The notes under the pieces were generated by a model. That model had not been told where the DNA came from and did no database searches. It saw only the letters and a program-made list of their open reading frames with translations. A DNA stretch of 64,000 nucleotides from Minutocellus sp. GHC0000111 (taxonomy: Eukaryota), in NCBI GenBank assembly GCA_977018835.1, contig OZ361258.1, positions 3,100,001 to 3,164,000 of the forward strand, written 5' to 3'. A program made the translations under genes and the position numbers. This document shows, in pieces, positions 47,984 to 59,659 of the stretch. How positions within the stretch are numbered: the stretch's first letter is position 1; each line of letters begins with the position of its first letter.

Positions 47984-49498
47984 TCAAGTGAGATCAATGA
48001 CCTCCTTGCCCGGCGGAATCGAGTTCTCAACCTTGGCCTTTTTCTTTGCGGGCATCTTTCGGTCATCGTATCCACCCACATCATCATCATCGGTATCATA
48101 GTCCGTCTCTTGGTCGTCGTGTGTACTCGCCTCCTTCTTATCGCCGTCGTCAACACCACTACATTTGCTTTTGAGGACCAGAACCACCGGGCAATGGTCA
48201 CTTCCGCAGAAGAATCCCTCACGAGCCTCGCCATAGCCCAAAATGTCGCAACTGACAACTTGTTGCATAGAAGTTCCTTCATTGTCAGAAATTAGGAAAT
48301 AGTCTATGCGCTGACCTTTCCCTTGGTATCTTCCTATGGCCTGGTTTCGACCCTGCGTGCCCCTCCATGTGTAGTTCGCACGGTTCCACTGCTCGACTTC
48401 GTCAGTACCACCATTTCGACCCAAATAGGGCAACTTGGATGAATTGACGCCTTTCGGATGCAGCTCACGCCAAACATCCTTGAGACATGATTCCTTGAGC
48501 GTCTGCTCGAAGCGCTTGCGTTCGTTGGGGGTGAACCCCGGAATGCCGATATCTCCTTTCCCTCGACTAGAATCAGCATTGGCCACGTCCTTGCGTGAGT
48601 AGCACTTGGTTTCATCGGTCCAATATTCAGAAACGGCTCCAGTGTCAGGATTGATGTTGTGGTGCGTTCCATCGAGGTACGTGCGGGCCACATTCAAGTC
48701 ACCGGCCCAGATAATCGGGCGGGAAGTATCTCCAGCCTTGGCCAGGATGCGCTTGCGAATGGATAGGAACTGACGAACGGCCAGGTCAAAGAGGCGGCGT
48801 CTCTTATTGCTTTCGACAGTCCTTCCATTGTTTGGAACGTAGGTGTGGAGCAAATCCATGTTGGCAAAGCGTAAAAACTGCATTCGTCCCTCGGCATCGT
48901 GCTTCGTAGGAGAAGGCAGACCCGCCGATGCATTGGAGCTGGAGGGCTTTGTTTTCTTCATAAACATGGCCATCGTGGCCTGCTTTTGGCCGCCACTGCT
49001 AGACGACGTTCCATTCTCATTCGATGCTGAGCTTCCGAATTCTTGCACGAGCTTGACCAAATCGGCATCCTTGTCCAGACCATATGCTGACATCATCAAT
49101 GAGAGAGCACCGCCGAGGGTAAATGCCGTCCAATCCTGGCCTTTTATGCCGGCCTGTCCCGTCTTGACCAGACTCAAAGTGCCCGCATTTCTCCCCGACG
49201 CGAGACTCCAAATCGGCACATACCCGTAGGGACGGCAAATCGATAGGAACGGCTCCACCTCCTTCAGCTCCTGCGAACTGGGCTGACCCGACGAGGACGG
49301 CGACCGCTTGAGGCGTGCCTCTTGGATGAGGACCAGGTCCGGTGCAACTGCCGAGGGGGTATCTTTGGTGGCGCCGGTGGTACGCAGCAGACGTCGAAAT
49401 TCGTCCAGATTGGCCGAGGACTTGGACCTCGGGGCAAGTCCATTCGCATTCCATGTCGCGATGGTTCGGGGATCGGCGGGTAGGCGGCGGGTCGTCAT
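47984..49498 (-). CDS. AP endonuclease / exonuclease III family (APE1-like)
   Basis: IATWNANGL, LIQE, EGR, YVPN, WAGDLNVA, YTW, RIDYFL and GSDHCP. Confidence 0.92.
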   Translation of the reverse strand: MTTRRLPADPRTIATWNANGLAPRSKSSANLDEFRRLLRTTGATKDTPSAVAPDLVLIQEARLKRSPSSSGQPSSQELKEVEPFLSICRPYGYVPIWSLASGRNAGTLSLVKTGQAGIKGQDWTAFTLGGALSLMMSAYGLDKDADLVKLVQEFGSSASNENGTSSSSGGQKQATMAMFMKKTKPSSSNASAGLPSPTKHDAEGRMQFLRFANMDLLHTYVPNNGRTVESNKRRRLFDLAVRQFLSIRKRILAKAGDTSRPIIWAGDLNVARTYLDGTHHNINPDTGAVSEYWTDETKCYSRKDVANADSSRGKGDIGIPGFTPNERKRFEQTLKESCLKDVWRELHPKGVNSSKLPYLGRNGGTDEVEQWNRANYTWRGTQGRNQAIGRYQGKGQRIDYFLISDNEGTSMQQVVSCDILGYGEAREGFFCGSDHCPVVLVLKSKCSGVDDGDKKEASTHDDQETDYDTDDDDVGGYDDRKMPAKKKAKVENSIPPGKEVIDLT

Positions 49499-49985
49499 CT
49501 TGGTCAGCAATCAGCAAGCAATGGGATTGTTTCGATGATCTAGTGGTTCTGTGAAGAGCGTAGTGCCTTCTGTTCAAAACTCTTGCGCGTAAAAAGACTT
49601 TCTTCTTCTCTCCAGGGAATACTAAACCAAGAGGACGACAGATAGATGGAACCCTCCTCGGCCGAAACCAAGACCGAACGCTCGCATTGGGCTGGGATGT
49701 GCCATTGTAAATTACAGCCGTAGAAGTGAAAGAGTACCCTCTCTCTTCTTCCTGGCTCTATGGATAGAGAGATAGATGCGTAGGCAGATCGACGCAGAAA
49801 TCATTGAAAAAGGGACAGGAAGCAGTCTTCCGAGTCTCCACCCTTGCGCTCGTGTAGCCCTGTTAGCTGCGAAGCTGGTTCTCGTTAAGCCTCGCGGCAT
49901 TCTCCGAGCTCTCCGACCGCTTCGCTAAATTCCAAATATCATTACGAACAACGGTTACGCCGGTGACGATGACGATGGCTTTGCA

Positions 49986-52139
49986 ATGTATCAGTCGACG
50001 ACGACGGATCCGGGCTGGCCGCTCATGATCGTCACATTCGGATACTGCCTGTTCGTATACTCTGTCGCGTGGATTTGGATCATGAAGAAGCGACGAGTCG
50101 ACAGAGCGAATGCTTCAACAATATCGTCCGTCTCGACTACGTCGGCGTCGTCGTCTTCGCAGCAGCGGATCAGGGATGCCAACCCAACGAGAAAAGATAT
50201 CCAAGACGTGGAAAGCTTATCAGCAGCTATCGCCTTTGGCAACAATGACCATGAAACACCATCCAAACAGAAGAAAAACTTGAAAGAAAAGAAACCAACA
50301 GAAATCATTGTCGCACCAACAATGAGACAAGAGATGAAATCGAATCGAATAAGCGGAGAACAAAACAAGAAAGCATTTCGCATTGGGAGGCGACGAAAGG
50401 CAATTGAAGACGACGAAAGTGTTTTGACATTTGGTAGCTTCTTAGGTCAAGAAAGGGACAAAGATGGGCGATCGAACAAGAGACGGAACCGAAACAAGAA
50501 GCAAAGGGAACCTCTTGCTGGCTATCACGACGAGTTGGAGGTTGAGCAAGATGAAATATCAAAACGAAAGGCGGCATATGGACGATCAGACTCAGATTAC
50601 CACCCAATGGAAGAGATTGACGATGTAGAAGAATTGTTGCTTCTTGATGAACCGATGGCAGAGATTCACAGACTTTCTGGCCCATGGTAAGTAGAAGTAG
50701 AAAAAATGGGAAAGGCAAAAGAAGTTCAAATGAATGATTCTTCCTCGCCCACGTGTTTCGATATCATCTATTCTCTATGGTCCTCACACTAGTTTTTTTC
50801 GCGCGCACTTAGGATCTTTGCTTCCATTGTCAATGAATTTTCGGACATAGCCACCGTGTCTCTTATTGCGTTATACATTGGAAACGACTCCATGATCACG
50901 TACATCACCGTAGAATTTGTCCTGTCCATGCTACAGCTTATCTCCTATGGTTTCTATGAGGCTTGCTATAAGCTTGCGAACCTGGCCATATCATCTGACG
51001 ACGAGAAAAGGGCTGGAAGAATAGCCCAGGTGTCTGCTTACTTGTCGTTGATTGCATGTGCACCCGCATTCATAGTTTCAATTTTCTGGATGGAAGACAT
51101 CTTGATGTTTTTTGGGCATGGGAGATATATGAGAAGTATCGGCGCCAGCTACGCCGTATTGAGCTCTCTCATGAGTTTGTTCGATGCATATTCGTCAATG
51201 TACTCCGCTCTTGTCGACCTCAATGATGGAGCGCACTTCAATGCCGTTTTCGACTTTTATGACAGCATCGTGGGTCTTTCCTTGACCTTAGTTGCTGTCG
51301 CGCTCCTCGACATGAATCTGGTCAACCTTGGTGTCATTTGGCTTGTCTATCATGTACTTGTCACCATTTTCTATTTCATGAGAATTCGGAGAAGGGGCTT
51401 TTTAGAGCCATTTTTTGATGATACTGAACCATTGAAGTCTAAGAAAGGGCTGAAGCTCGCATCATCAATTTGCCACGCAGCTCTGCCTCTTACGGCTATT
51501 GGAATAGTGACAGATCTCGAATATAGGGTCATATCTATCATGGCTAAACACATCGGGGCCGCTGAGGCTGCTACCTGGATACTGCTGATGCATGTCTGGA
51601 GCTTTATCGAGTGCTGGTTTGAGTCCTTTGCCAGTGCCAGCGGCAAAGAGGTGAATGCTCTTCTCATCAGAGGCGATATAGTCGCTGCCCGGAGAACTAG
51701 TCGGAAAGCTCGGGCGTTCGCATTTTTCTACGGCGCGTTCATAGCGCTGGCAGTTTTTGTGGCAAGTCATCCGATTGCTCGCCTCTTGACATCAGATTAT
51801 ACGCTCCAAGGTATGCTTGCAGAAGCGATCGAGTTTGCTTGCATTTGTGTGCCATTTACAGCCATCGGCAGCATTTCGGAAGAAGTTAACAAAGAACAAG
51901 GGCGCTATAGAAGCAGCATGGCTATATCGTGGGGCTGCAGCTTTTTGCTAACTCTTCCGATGAGCGCTTTTATGAACTACGGATTGAACTTCGGCATTCC
52001 TGGTGTTGTTACTGGAGTGGTAGTTGGCTCAACCACAGATGGCATGCTACAAACTGTGCTCTTGGTATATTCGAACTTTGAAGCAGCTTCTTCTACCCTT
52101 GAGGAGCACGCCAGTGACGATTTGACGACAGTAGTGTAG
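49986..52139 (+). CDS. MATE-family efflux transporter
   Basis: Multi-TM protein with LEYRVISIMAKHIGAAEAATW and QGRYR. Intron 50687-50812. Confidence 0.75.
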
Positions 52140-52261
52140 CAATCATCCCATATATTTAACGGTGTTGCAAGATATCTTCCGAACCTACAGTATCTAAAAT
52201 GGTTTCTTGTCGTTTATCTCCAATTAACGCTCATATAATTTGTTCAATGGTGGCGCCGATC

Positions 52262-54010
52262 CTATACCTTTTTCTCGTGGGTATTGATTTGGTTCCTCCT
52301 ACGCCGCCGTCTCTTTGCCATGTTTTGTGCCAAAAGCTCCACTCCTCCGCCGTACTGCTCCCAGTATCGAATGACAACATCCTCAGAACGCACCTGACCT
52401 TCGCAACAATCCCAAATTAGCTGAAAATCAAATTTGTCGTTGATCATGTTCATCTCTCTCTCTACCGGCTTACCCACGGGGTTGTGGATGTAACGGATCC
52501 CATCCCGAACGAAATCTTTTGGCCGGTGGCTATGGCCAAAGACGTGGATATGATTTCCATCAATATCGTTCCTCGAGGAGGCCTCATTCGAAAGGGATCG
52601 AAGTTGTTCATCAATCAGGTACGACCCGGCAACGTAGGCAAATTTGGCGCTCACATCGGGAACGGGATGGTCCAACCAATCCTCCCGACGAAATATTTCT
52701 GATGTTGGTTCCTTCCAATCCGGTAGAGTCTGTTGTGATGGTAGGAAATGTGAAAACGTAATCACACTTTCGACCAAACTTGTTCTCACGGCTTCGAACG
52801 CACGATCGTTCCGAGATAAAAACATCTTGGTCAACTCTGGGGATGGTACTCTCTCACATCCTGGGACAGTGAATCTGGCATCGACCCCGCTCTTCTCGTC
52901 AGTGTCCTCTTGTAACCTCATCCGTTGGTACTTTTCGCCCCACTCGCATCGTTTAAAGTCAACCCAAGGCCACCTGACCAGCCCAGAACTTAAATCTTCG
53001 CACCCCGACAAGGCCAGCGATCCATCATACCAGCTCCACATGGGTACAATCCATACCGCGTGATGTTTGTTGGGATCGTCGGTACCATCGTCACCATCGC
53101 CATTGGAACAGCTAACCAATTTTGCAGTGGTATGGACCCACAACGCATCGCATACTTCCACCACCTTCTCAAGCTTGGCGAAGGAATCCGCCAGTCCCAA
53201 GCCGTCCATCTTGCTACCACCAATCCAAGCCTCGTGATTGCCAGGAATGAAGAAGGTGTGACATTGCAGATTATTCACGATGGTCGATAGGGTATCGCGG
53301 ATGATGTCGAGGTCGTGTGAGATATCTCCGGCGATGATAAGTGCATCGTTTGGTCCTGGTGTTAGACGTGATGATTTGTTGTTTTCGTTATCACCATTCT
53401 CATTGGCAGTACCATCGGCAGCAATACAGCACCGATCGACGAGCCACTGCATGTTATCTGAAGAGTCGGTATGAAGGTCGGAAATGGCGAAGATGCGGCG
53501 GACGTTGTCGATCCGTCGACTGCCTTTTTCGCCATCAATTAGAGGAGGAAAGCCATCACCTTCATTGCTAGAGCATAATGATGTACTGGTAGGCAGATAC
53601 CAATGCCTGGGTTTATCTGAACGCTTGGAGAGATTGTCGGAATGCAGCACGTGCGTTTGTCGGACACGTCGCCGGCCGGAATGCGGTTGGACGACGTAGG
53701 CTGCTGCTGTGCTCGACTTTGAATCACAAACAAAGCAGAGCGAGGCTCCGCAAAACATCAGAGACGCAGCGGTAAATCTTCTGTGCCTCCTGTGCTTCAT
53801 TGGGCGCCGCTTTGGACTCATGTTCTCCAGGGAGAGTGCCGAAGGCGATGATGATGTGGAAGTGCCGATACCGCCGAAAACGGCACGAGATGCTGATGGA
53901 AAACTCCTAGCGAACGCCAAAGTTCGCGGAGGAGACGAAAGAACGCATGCCAAACCAACGAACGCAAACGGCGCCAGCCGAACGACCGACGTCTTCGTGC
54001 CAGCCCGCAT
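52262..54010 (-). CDS. Calcineurin-like metallophosphoesterase
   Basis: ISDLH, AGDISH, PGNHEAW, SHFLP and VFGHSH. Confidence 0.88.
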   Translation of the reverse strand: MRAGTKTSVVRLAPFAFVGLACVLSSPPRTLAFARSFPSASRAVFGGIGTSTSSSPSALSLENMSPKRRPMKHRRHRRFTAASLMFCGASLCFVCDSKSSTAAAYVVQPHSGRRRVRQTHVLHSDNLSKRSDKPRHWYLPTSTSLCSSNEGDGFPPLIDGEKGSRRIDNVRRIFAISDLHTDSSDNMQWLVDRCCIAADGTANENGDNENNKSSRLTPGPNDALIIAGDISHDLDIIRDTLSTIVNNLQCHTFFIPGNHEAWIGGSKMDGLGLADSFAKLEKVVEVCDALWVHTTAKLVSCSNGDGDDGTDDPNKHHAVWIVPMWSWYDGSLALSGCEDLSSGLVRWPWVDFKRCEWGEKYQRMRLQEDTDEKSGVDARFTVPGCERVPSPELTKMFLSRNDRAFEAVRTSLVESVITFSHFLPSQQTLPDWKEPTSEIFRREDWLDHPVPDVSAKFAYVAGSYLIDEQLRSLSNEASSRNDIDGNHIHVFGHSHRPKDFVRDGIRYIHNPVGKPVEREMNMINDKFDFQLIWDCCEGQVRSEDVVIRYWEQYGGGVELLAQNMAKRRRRRRNQINTHEKKV

Positions 54011-54289
54011 GATTGATCGACTTGAGGCTGCCGCACCGGTCGCTGCCTTCTTCGTCGGAATTGTGAGGTCGTCATGCTTTCGAGAGCAGAGAATCTGGAG
54101 ATAATGATATTGAAATGACGTATCAGAAACCAATAAACCAGCACTGACGCATCGATTTTGACGACGACGACGAACACCAGCGACAAAAGCGAGAGTGGAC
54201 CAACGCAGCAGAGCCTCTCGACCCTCCGCTGGTCTTCTGCTTCACTACTAGTAAGCAAGAAGAAAGCTGGTTTGTATTTTACAATAACA

Positions 54290-56029
54290 ATGAATACTTT
54301 AGTAGGAGCCTTCCCGGCTGGTCGGCAATCGCCTTCCTTAAAAATGCGACAGAAGAAAAGGCGACGAGATGCGGATGCGGCTGATTCAGATGCAGATTAT
54401 GATGCTCAACGGACCGCCGCAGCAAGCACCGTTGGCTGCAACCACAGATTATCACGGCATACAGCGGCAGCGCATGCGCTGCTTCTGCTGCTATCGGCCA
54501 ATCTCATGTTTGGAATTGATGCATTTTCGCATGAGAGTGCATTGCAAAGAAATAATTTCGGAAGAGCAACATGTGATGTGCCAACTTTTTGTCAGAACGA
54601 TGCAAATGGCCCTGCAGCAGGAGCTTTCTCGAATACCATAAGATACCACCGATCTGGAGCAGCAATGATTCAACTTTCAGCCAGCCGTGAGAGGACGGAT
54701 ACGTCATCTTCCAGCTCCGCTAACTCCTCTTCTTCGTCATCCTGGCGATTCGGCGTTCGGAAGCGAGTCAAGTCCGTCATCCAAAAGGCCAAGAGCCGCA
54801 AGATTGCCAAGGCGGCCAGAGCGGAGGCAGCGGTGGCCGAGGCGGAGATACAGCACATTATTGAGGAAGACGACAAACTGTTTGAGGAAACGAAAGGCAA
54901 GAGCGAGGACAATGACGATATAAACGGTGAAATCGACATTGAAATCCAAGGTGCCTTGCCTGAAACTGAGGAAAAGGTCGAGGAGGTCAACGGCGCTGCT
55001 GCTGTCGCGCAAGCTGAGAAAGAAACGGATACTGATGGTGATACTGAGATCGCATCGTCATCGTCGCCACTAGTTGAGGAAGATGCCGTACAAGTAACTG
55101 ATGAAAGCGCTGATAGTGAGTCGCAATCGGCATCACCGTCAAAGGAAGAAGAAGTTACCTCGGCAACAAAAACTCCCGAGGATGCTAACGACAAAAAAGA
55201 TGACGACGACGAAGTAGCAAATGCAGAACCCCTTCCGTTTGAGCTGCCAAAGCTTACCGATGAGCAGCAGCGACAGCTTGATATGGGCGAGCGAGTCCAG
55301 TTCCAGAACGATATGGGACGAGAGGGATCGGGTTTTGTAGTGCTGGACGTCAAGGCACCGCCGGATGTGGTGTGGGAATGTCTGCTGGACTTTCAATCGT
55401 ATCCAGAGACCATCCCCACCGTCCGTGAGGTGACCATGTATACCAACACGCATCTATCGGGTGATTACCGCTCCGAGAAGCCCGTGGCATTCGAGGATGG
55501 GACCATGGCAACCCTTGCTCATGGTATTCCCAGCGTCACGCGAGCGGCCTTTACTCTGTCGAAATTCCGTCTCAAGATCGCAGCCATTCATCGCTATACT
55601 CCTCATCCCGTTGGAGATTACATGGTATTTACGCTGGATCCTGCGTGTACCAACTTGGTCCTCAAGGATGCCAAGGGCATCTGGCACACTCAAAGCAACC
55701 CTGACAACAAGGGCGAAGTAAGTTCGGTCGAGGAGGGCCAGAATTATCATTATCATAGGATGTCCCGACACGAACTAATTTTCTCAACTCACCATGATAT
55801 GCTGTCACGTTTTGCCAAATCCATCATACACATTTTTTTCTACTTCCAACAGGAATACACACGAGTATGGCTCCTTTGTGAGGTGAAGGTTTCCAAGCTG
55901 CTACCACAGTGGATTACGGACTACGCCGCGAGAAGAGCGATGCCGCGTGCTACTACGTGGCTCCGACCGCAAGTAGAAGCTGCGAATGCTCTCTGGTTAA
56001 GTAAAAAGAGACGGCGGAGGAAAAATTAA
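54290..56029 (+). CDS. START/SRPBCC (polyketide cyclase/COQ10-like) domain protein
   Basis: DVKAPPDVVWECLLDFQSYPETIPTV and LPQWITDYAARRAMPRATTWL. In-frame intron 55718-55852. Confidence 0.75.
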   Translation: MNTLVGAFPAGRQSPSLKMRQKKRRRDADAADSDADYDAQRTAAASTVGCNHRLSRHTAAAHALLLLLSANLMFGIDAFSHESALQRNNFGRATCDVPTFCQNDANGPAAGAFSNTIRYHRSGAAMIQLSASRERTDTSSSSSANSSSSSSWRFGVRKRVKSVIQKAKSRKIAKAARAEAAVAEAEIQHIIEEDDKLFEETKGKSEDNDDINGEIDIEIQGALPETEEKVEEVNGAAAVAQAEKETDTDGDTEIASSSSPLVEEDAVQVTDESADSESQSASPSKEEEVTSATKTPEDANDKKDDDDEVANAEPLPFELPKLTDEQQRQLDMGERVQFQNDMGREGSGFVVLDVKAPPDVVWECLLDFQSYPETIPTVREVTMYTNTHLSGDYRSEKPVAFEDGTMATLAHGIPSVTRAAFTLSKFRLKIAAIHRYTPHPVGDYMVFTLDPACTNLVLKDAKGIWHTQSNPDNKGEVSSVEEGQNYHYHRMSRHELIFSTHHDMLSRFAKSIIHIFFYFQQEYTRVWLLCEVKVSKLLPQWITDYAARRAMPRATTWLRPQVEAANALWLSKKRRRRKN

Positions 56030-56588
56030 GAAAGTTCTATTAAGAGTAAAAACTATAAGCTAAGTGAAGGATCTTGATCAGACTCTTTTGTAGAAGTTGC
56101 CTTTATTTTTGTATCAGCAAATGCATCGTAGACTTCAAAGTAACAAATTAGAAATCACAAGTAGTAAATCCCCCGCAAATGAAAGCATTATACTGCGTAG
56201 CATGCTTGAGGTAGGTGCACAACACCATTGCCTCTATTCTTCAAAAGGACCGCAGGAAGTGCCCGTGAGTAAACGATCGAGGTACAAGTACCAGTGTGTT
56301 TGTATGCCAAAAAAATAATCCATGACGACGGAATGCTGACTTGCTTCATCGGGGCAAGATGGTAATGTCCACATCATGCAATTACAAGTGCCGGTCAGTG
56401 GGCGACCACGGACGACCATATATACATCGAGGACATAATCGTCGAACTCTTGTGGAAAATACAACTGAAGGCCTTCTGCTTTTGTTTCTTTCGAATACGA
56501 TCGTACATTAATGATTCATAAAATACAAAAGTGCCGTTTGCTAAGTATAGAGATATTCTTTTTTTATTCTAACCACAAACCACGCACT

Positions 56589-57444
56589 TTAGATGACACC
56601 GACCCGGTTGGCAACATCGAGGGCATCGAAATCCTTGGAAAGACGGACGTAGGCCTTCTTGAGTCCACGGGGGGTGATGAGGGTGTTGACCTTGTCACAC
56701 TCGATGCTGTAGAGGTCCTTGACGGCGGCCTTGATCTGTCGCTTGTTGGACTTGATGTCGACGATGAACACGAGGGTGTTGGAGTCCTCGATGAGCTTCA
56801 TGGACGATTCGGTGGTGAGGGGGTACTTGATGATGGAGAACTTGTCGAGGGTGTTCTTCTTGGGGGTGGATCGGGGGGCGTACTTGGGCTTGCGGGCGAG
56901 GGTGTGGGGGCGGTAGAAGTGGACCTTGGTGTGAATTCTGGTGCCCTTCTTGGAGATGCCCTTCTTGAGGCCCTTGGAGACGGCTGCTGCCTTGGCTGAA
57001 GTTGGAATGGGGAAGGTGACATATAAAGAAAGTGATACGTGAGATGTGATTGAGATATGAAAAATGAAAGGTCGACGCATACCGTCGACACCGTCGTCGA
57101 CATGAGAAAAACTGTCGTCCGATCGCGCTGTGGCCGTCCACTCTCCGCTCGAAAAACTTTGCAGATATGAATCGCTGACCAATATGCCTCTCATCAGTAA
57201 CATCCACTACCTGTTGCTTGGTCATGATCCTATCATCTCAGCTTGTTTCCTACCGCCGCTTCGCTGTGCGTCGTCCTGTCCTGCCAGAGGCGTCGCCGTC
57301 AAAAGCAAAAGAAGCATACGAACACAGCACGTGCTGTTCTTTTCTCTCGCGCGCCGACTTGAACCGAATACCGCCCCAAGCCCGACCAGCAACAGCACCG
57401 ACTGTATCGCCGATCAGCATGTAGCACCACATGCCTTTGCTCAT
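56589..57444 (-). CDS. RPL23A: 60S ribosomal protein L23a (uL23)
   Basis: [41 protein letters not shown] and ALDVANRVG. Exon 2 is 56589-56995; proposed exon 1 is 57435-57444. Confidence 0.95.
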
Positions 57445-58349
57445 CTCTTCTTCTCAGCTTCAGTATTATCACCAACGAAACGACAGGTCCGTTCCGGCTG
57501 GCTCGTCTCGAAATCACCGGAGGTCCGGAGATAACCCAACAGTCGACCGTCGAAACGCGGCCATAAATGGCGCGAACTGCCCGCCGCAACGCCACCGCCG
57601 ACAGATACCATTACTCTCCCGCCGTCCCATGCGCTTGTTTGTATCAGGTGAACTCACATCCTGCCATGGTTGCTCAGAGAATAGTCGATACGTCTGGGTT
57701 GCCTTCGTGGTGAAGTGGAGAAACAGCGGTGGTAATTTTTACTCATTACCCATTTACTTCACTTTTCAGCGTTCGAAAATAAAGTCTTAGCACCAAAATC
57801 AAGGTGTTTGGTTTTGACGTTAAAAATAAGTGCGAGTGACGATGACACATCGAACACAGTGCCTCGCGGTAAATGAAACTTCTTAGACGGGTTTGAGGGA
57901 ATTTAAAACTAACTACTGAGAGAGAGAGAGACAGGCTCTGGGAGCCGGTACTGTAAGCTGACTTAGCAATTGCAATGGCAGCAATCGCAGATGGTTGTGG
58001 CTTGGTCAGTTGAGACGACGAGAGGAGGCGAAGAAGGTGGTGGTCAGCAGAAAAACTGGGCACTACAGGAATGCAGTTTTAGTGCCTGCTGCTAACCACC
58101 GTCGCCAGCTCATCCCCACCGTGCGGCACCCACAACGATGACACATCGAACACAGTACCTCCCTCCGCTGATTCTCCCAACTCTATGCAACTTAGTAGAG
58201 AACATGAAATGCAGTTTAACTAACTAACTGCTACGTGAATTGAACTGGAGCTGGCATTGGCGGCAAATGAAACTTCTTTTAGAGGGTGAGGTCCCTCTCC
58301 CCCTCCTCCTTTCCGCAGCACAGATCGGCCAACAATGTGTGTCGTGCTT

Positions 58350-59659
58350 AGGTGAACAGGGCGAAGGGGGGCATTGGAGTCCCGAAGCCGGCATTTCGGC
58401 CAATCAATGCTGCTGTTGATGCCGGCGAAGAAGGATTGGCGGCAATTTGGGGTCCTTGGGTCTTCGCGATGGCTCGTTGAGTGTGCGTGGGGCACGTTGA
58501 AGAAGGAGCCTCGTTGGATCATGCGTGTGGAGACTCCGGATGTAAATTCTTGGACCTGGCGACGGATGCACTTGAGGAAGGCGTCACTGGACCACCGCCC
58601 TGCCAGCATGATTGTGTGCGTGTGTGGGAACATCATTTAGACACATTGCCATGTTGCTGCTCCGCTGCGAATGGAGTGTGATCCGAATTCATTCAGAGGG
58701 ATGGCAGCCCAGGACGTCCTCTCCAATCACTGTGGCCGACGCTCGGATCTTGTCAACTATTTGGGTGGCAGGAATGTGTTTTAACACGCCGTTGACCGAC
58801 CACGAAGGCACTTTGCCGGCGTGTCGCTGTTGGTGCTAGGGTGCCGTAGGACTCGTTTCACCAGGGCAGCCCAAGCTCGAACTGGGCAGAGGGTGGCGTC
58901 GTGGGTGCAGTGTTGCTGCGCAATCGTGACGTCACGCTCGTCGTTCTTCTGGAACTCAAAGGTGACGGAGACAGAGTCTGCTGAGAGGAGGGACCGGTCG
59001 TTGTGACACATGCGCCGTCGGCCGCGGCAGAGCTGGATGTTGCGGAGGCGGAGCAGCTTGGTCCTGCGCTCACCGCTGACTCTGGAGCATTCGCAAGACC
59101 TCATCGCGAAGAAGAAGAGGCGCCGACGGCTAGTTGCCCGACTGCACGGTCCTCTTCCGTTTCCCTGACGGAGGCGATCTCTCGGAGGAGCCGGCAGGTG
59201 ATCGCCTTCTCCGGCCGCTCGGCCGGGTCGGACTGGCTGTGTCCTCGGAACTGCCGCTGCAAGTAGAAGGAATGAAGGCTGGCCGATGTCGTCTTTCCCT
59301 GGGTCCCTGCGCTGGTTGTGCCGGAAGGACGAGCATGCATGTGAGACGGTGTCTCGTCGGACTGTCGACGCAGCCAGTCGCGAAAACTTTGGCCCCGAAA
59401 AGCTGGCCTGTCGGACGGCATGGGCAAAGGCGCCGAGAGTGACTGTTCGGTCTCGGGGTGACACCTTGTCGAGGAAGACGTCGTCCCCGGTCCCGATGAG
59501 CTGCAGGAACTCAGTCCAGCGGCTCCACGCGAGAGCGTGCTTCTCGGCAGTGGCCGTTGTGACTGCTTCCTGACGGGCAGCGTCCGCGCCTGCGAGACAA
59601 TCCAGGAAGCAATCTCGTTGGGCAGTGGTGCAATCCTGAAATTTGAGGGAAGCTGACAT
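58350..59659 (-). pseudogene. Tyrosine recombinase of the retroelement (inactivated)
   Basis: FFFAMRSCE, FEFQKND, LCPVRAWA, HSIRSGAA and IMLAGRWSSDAFLK(C)IRRQV. Confidence 0.88.
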
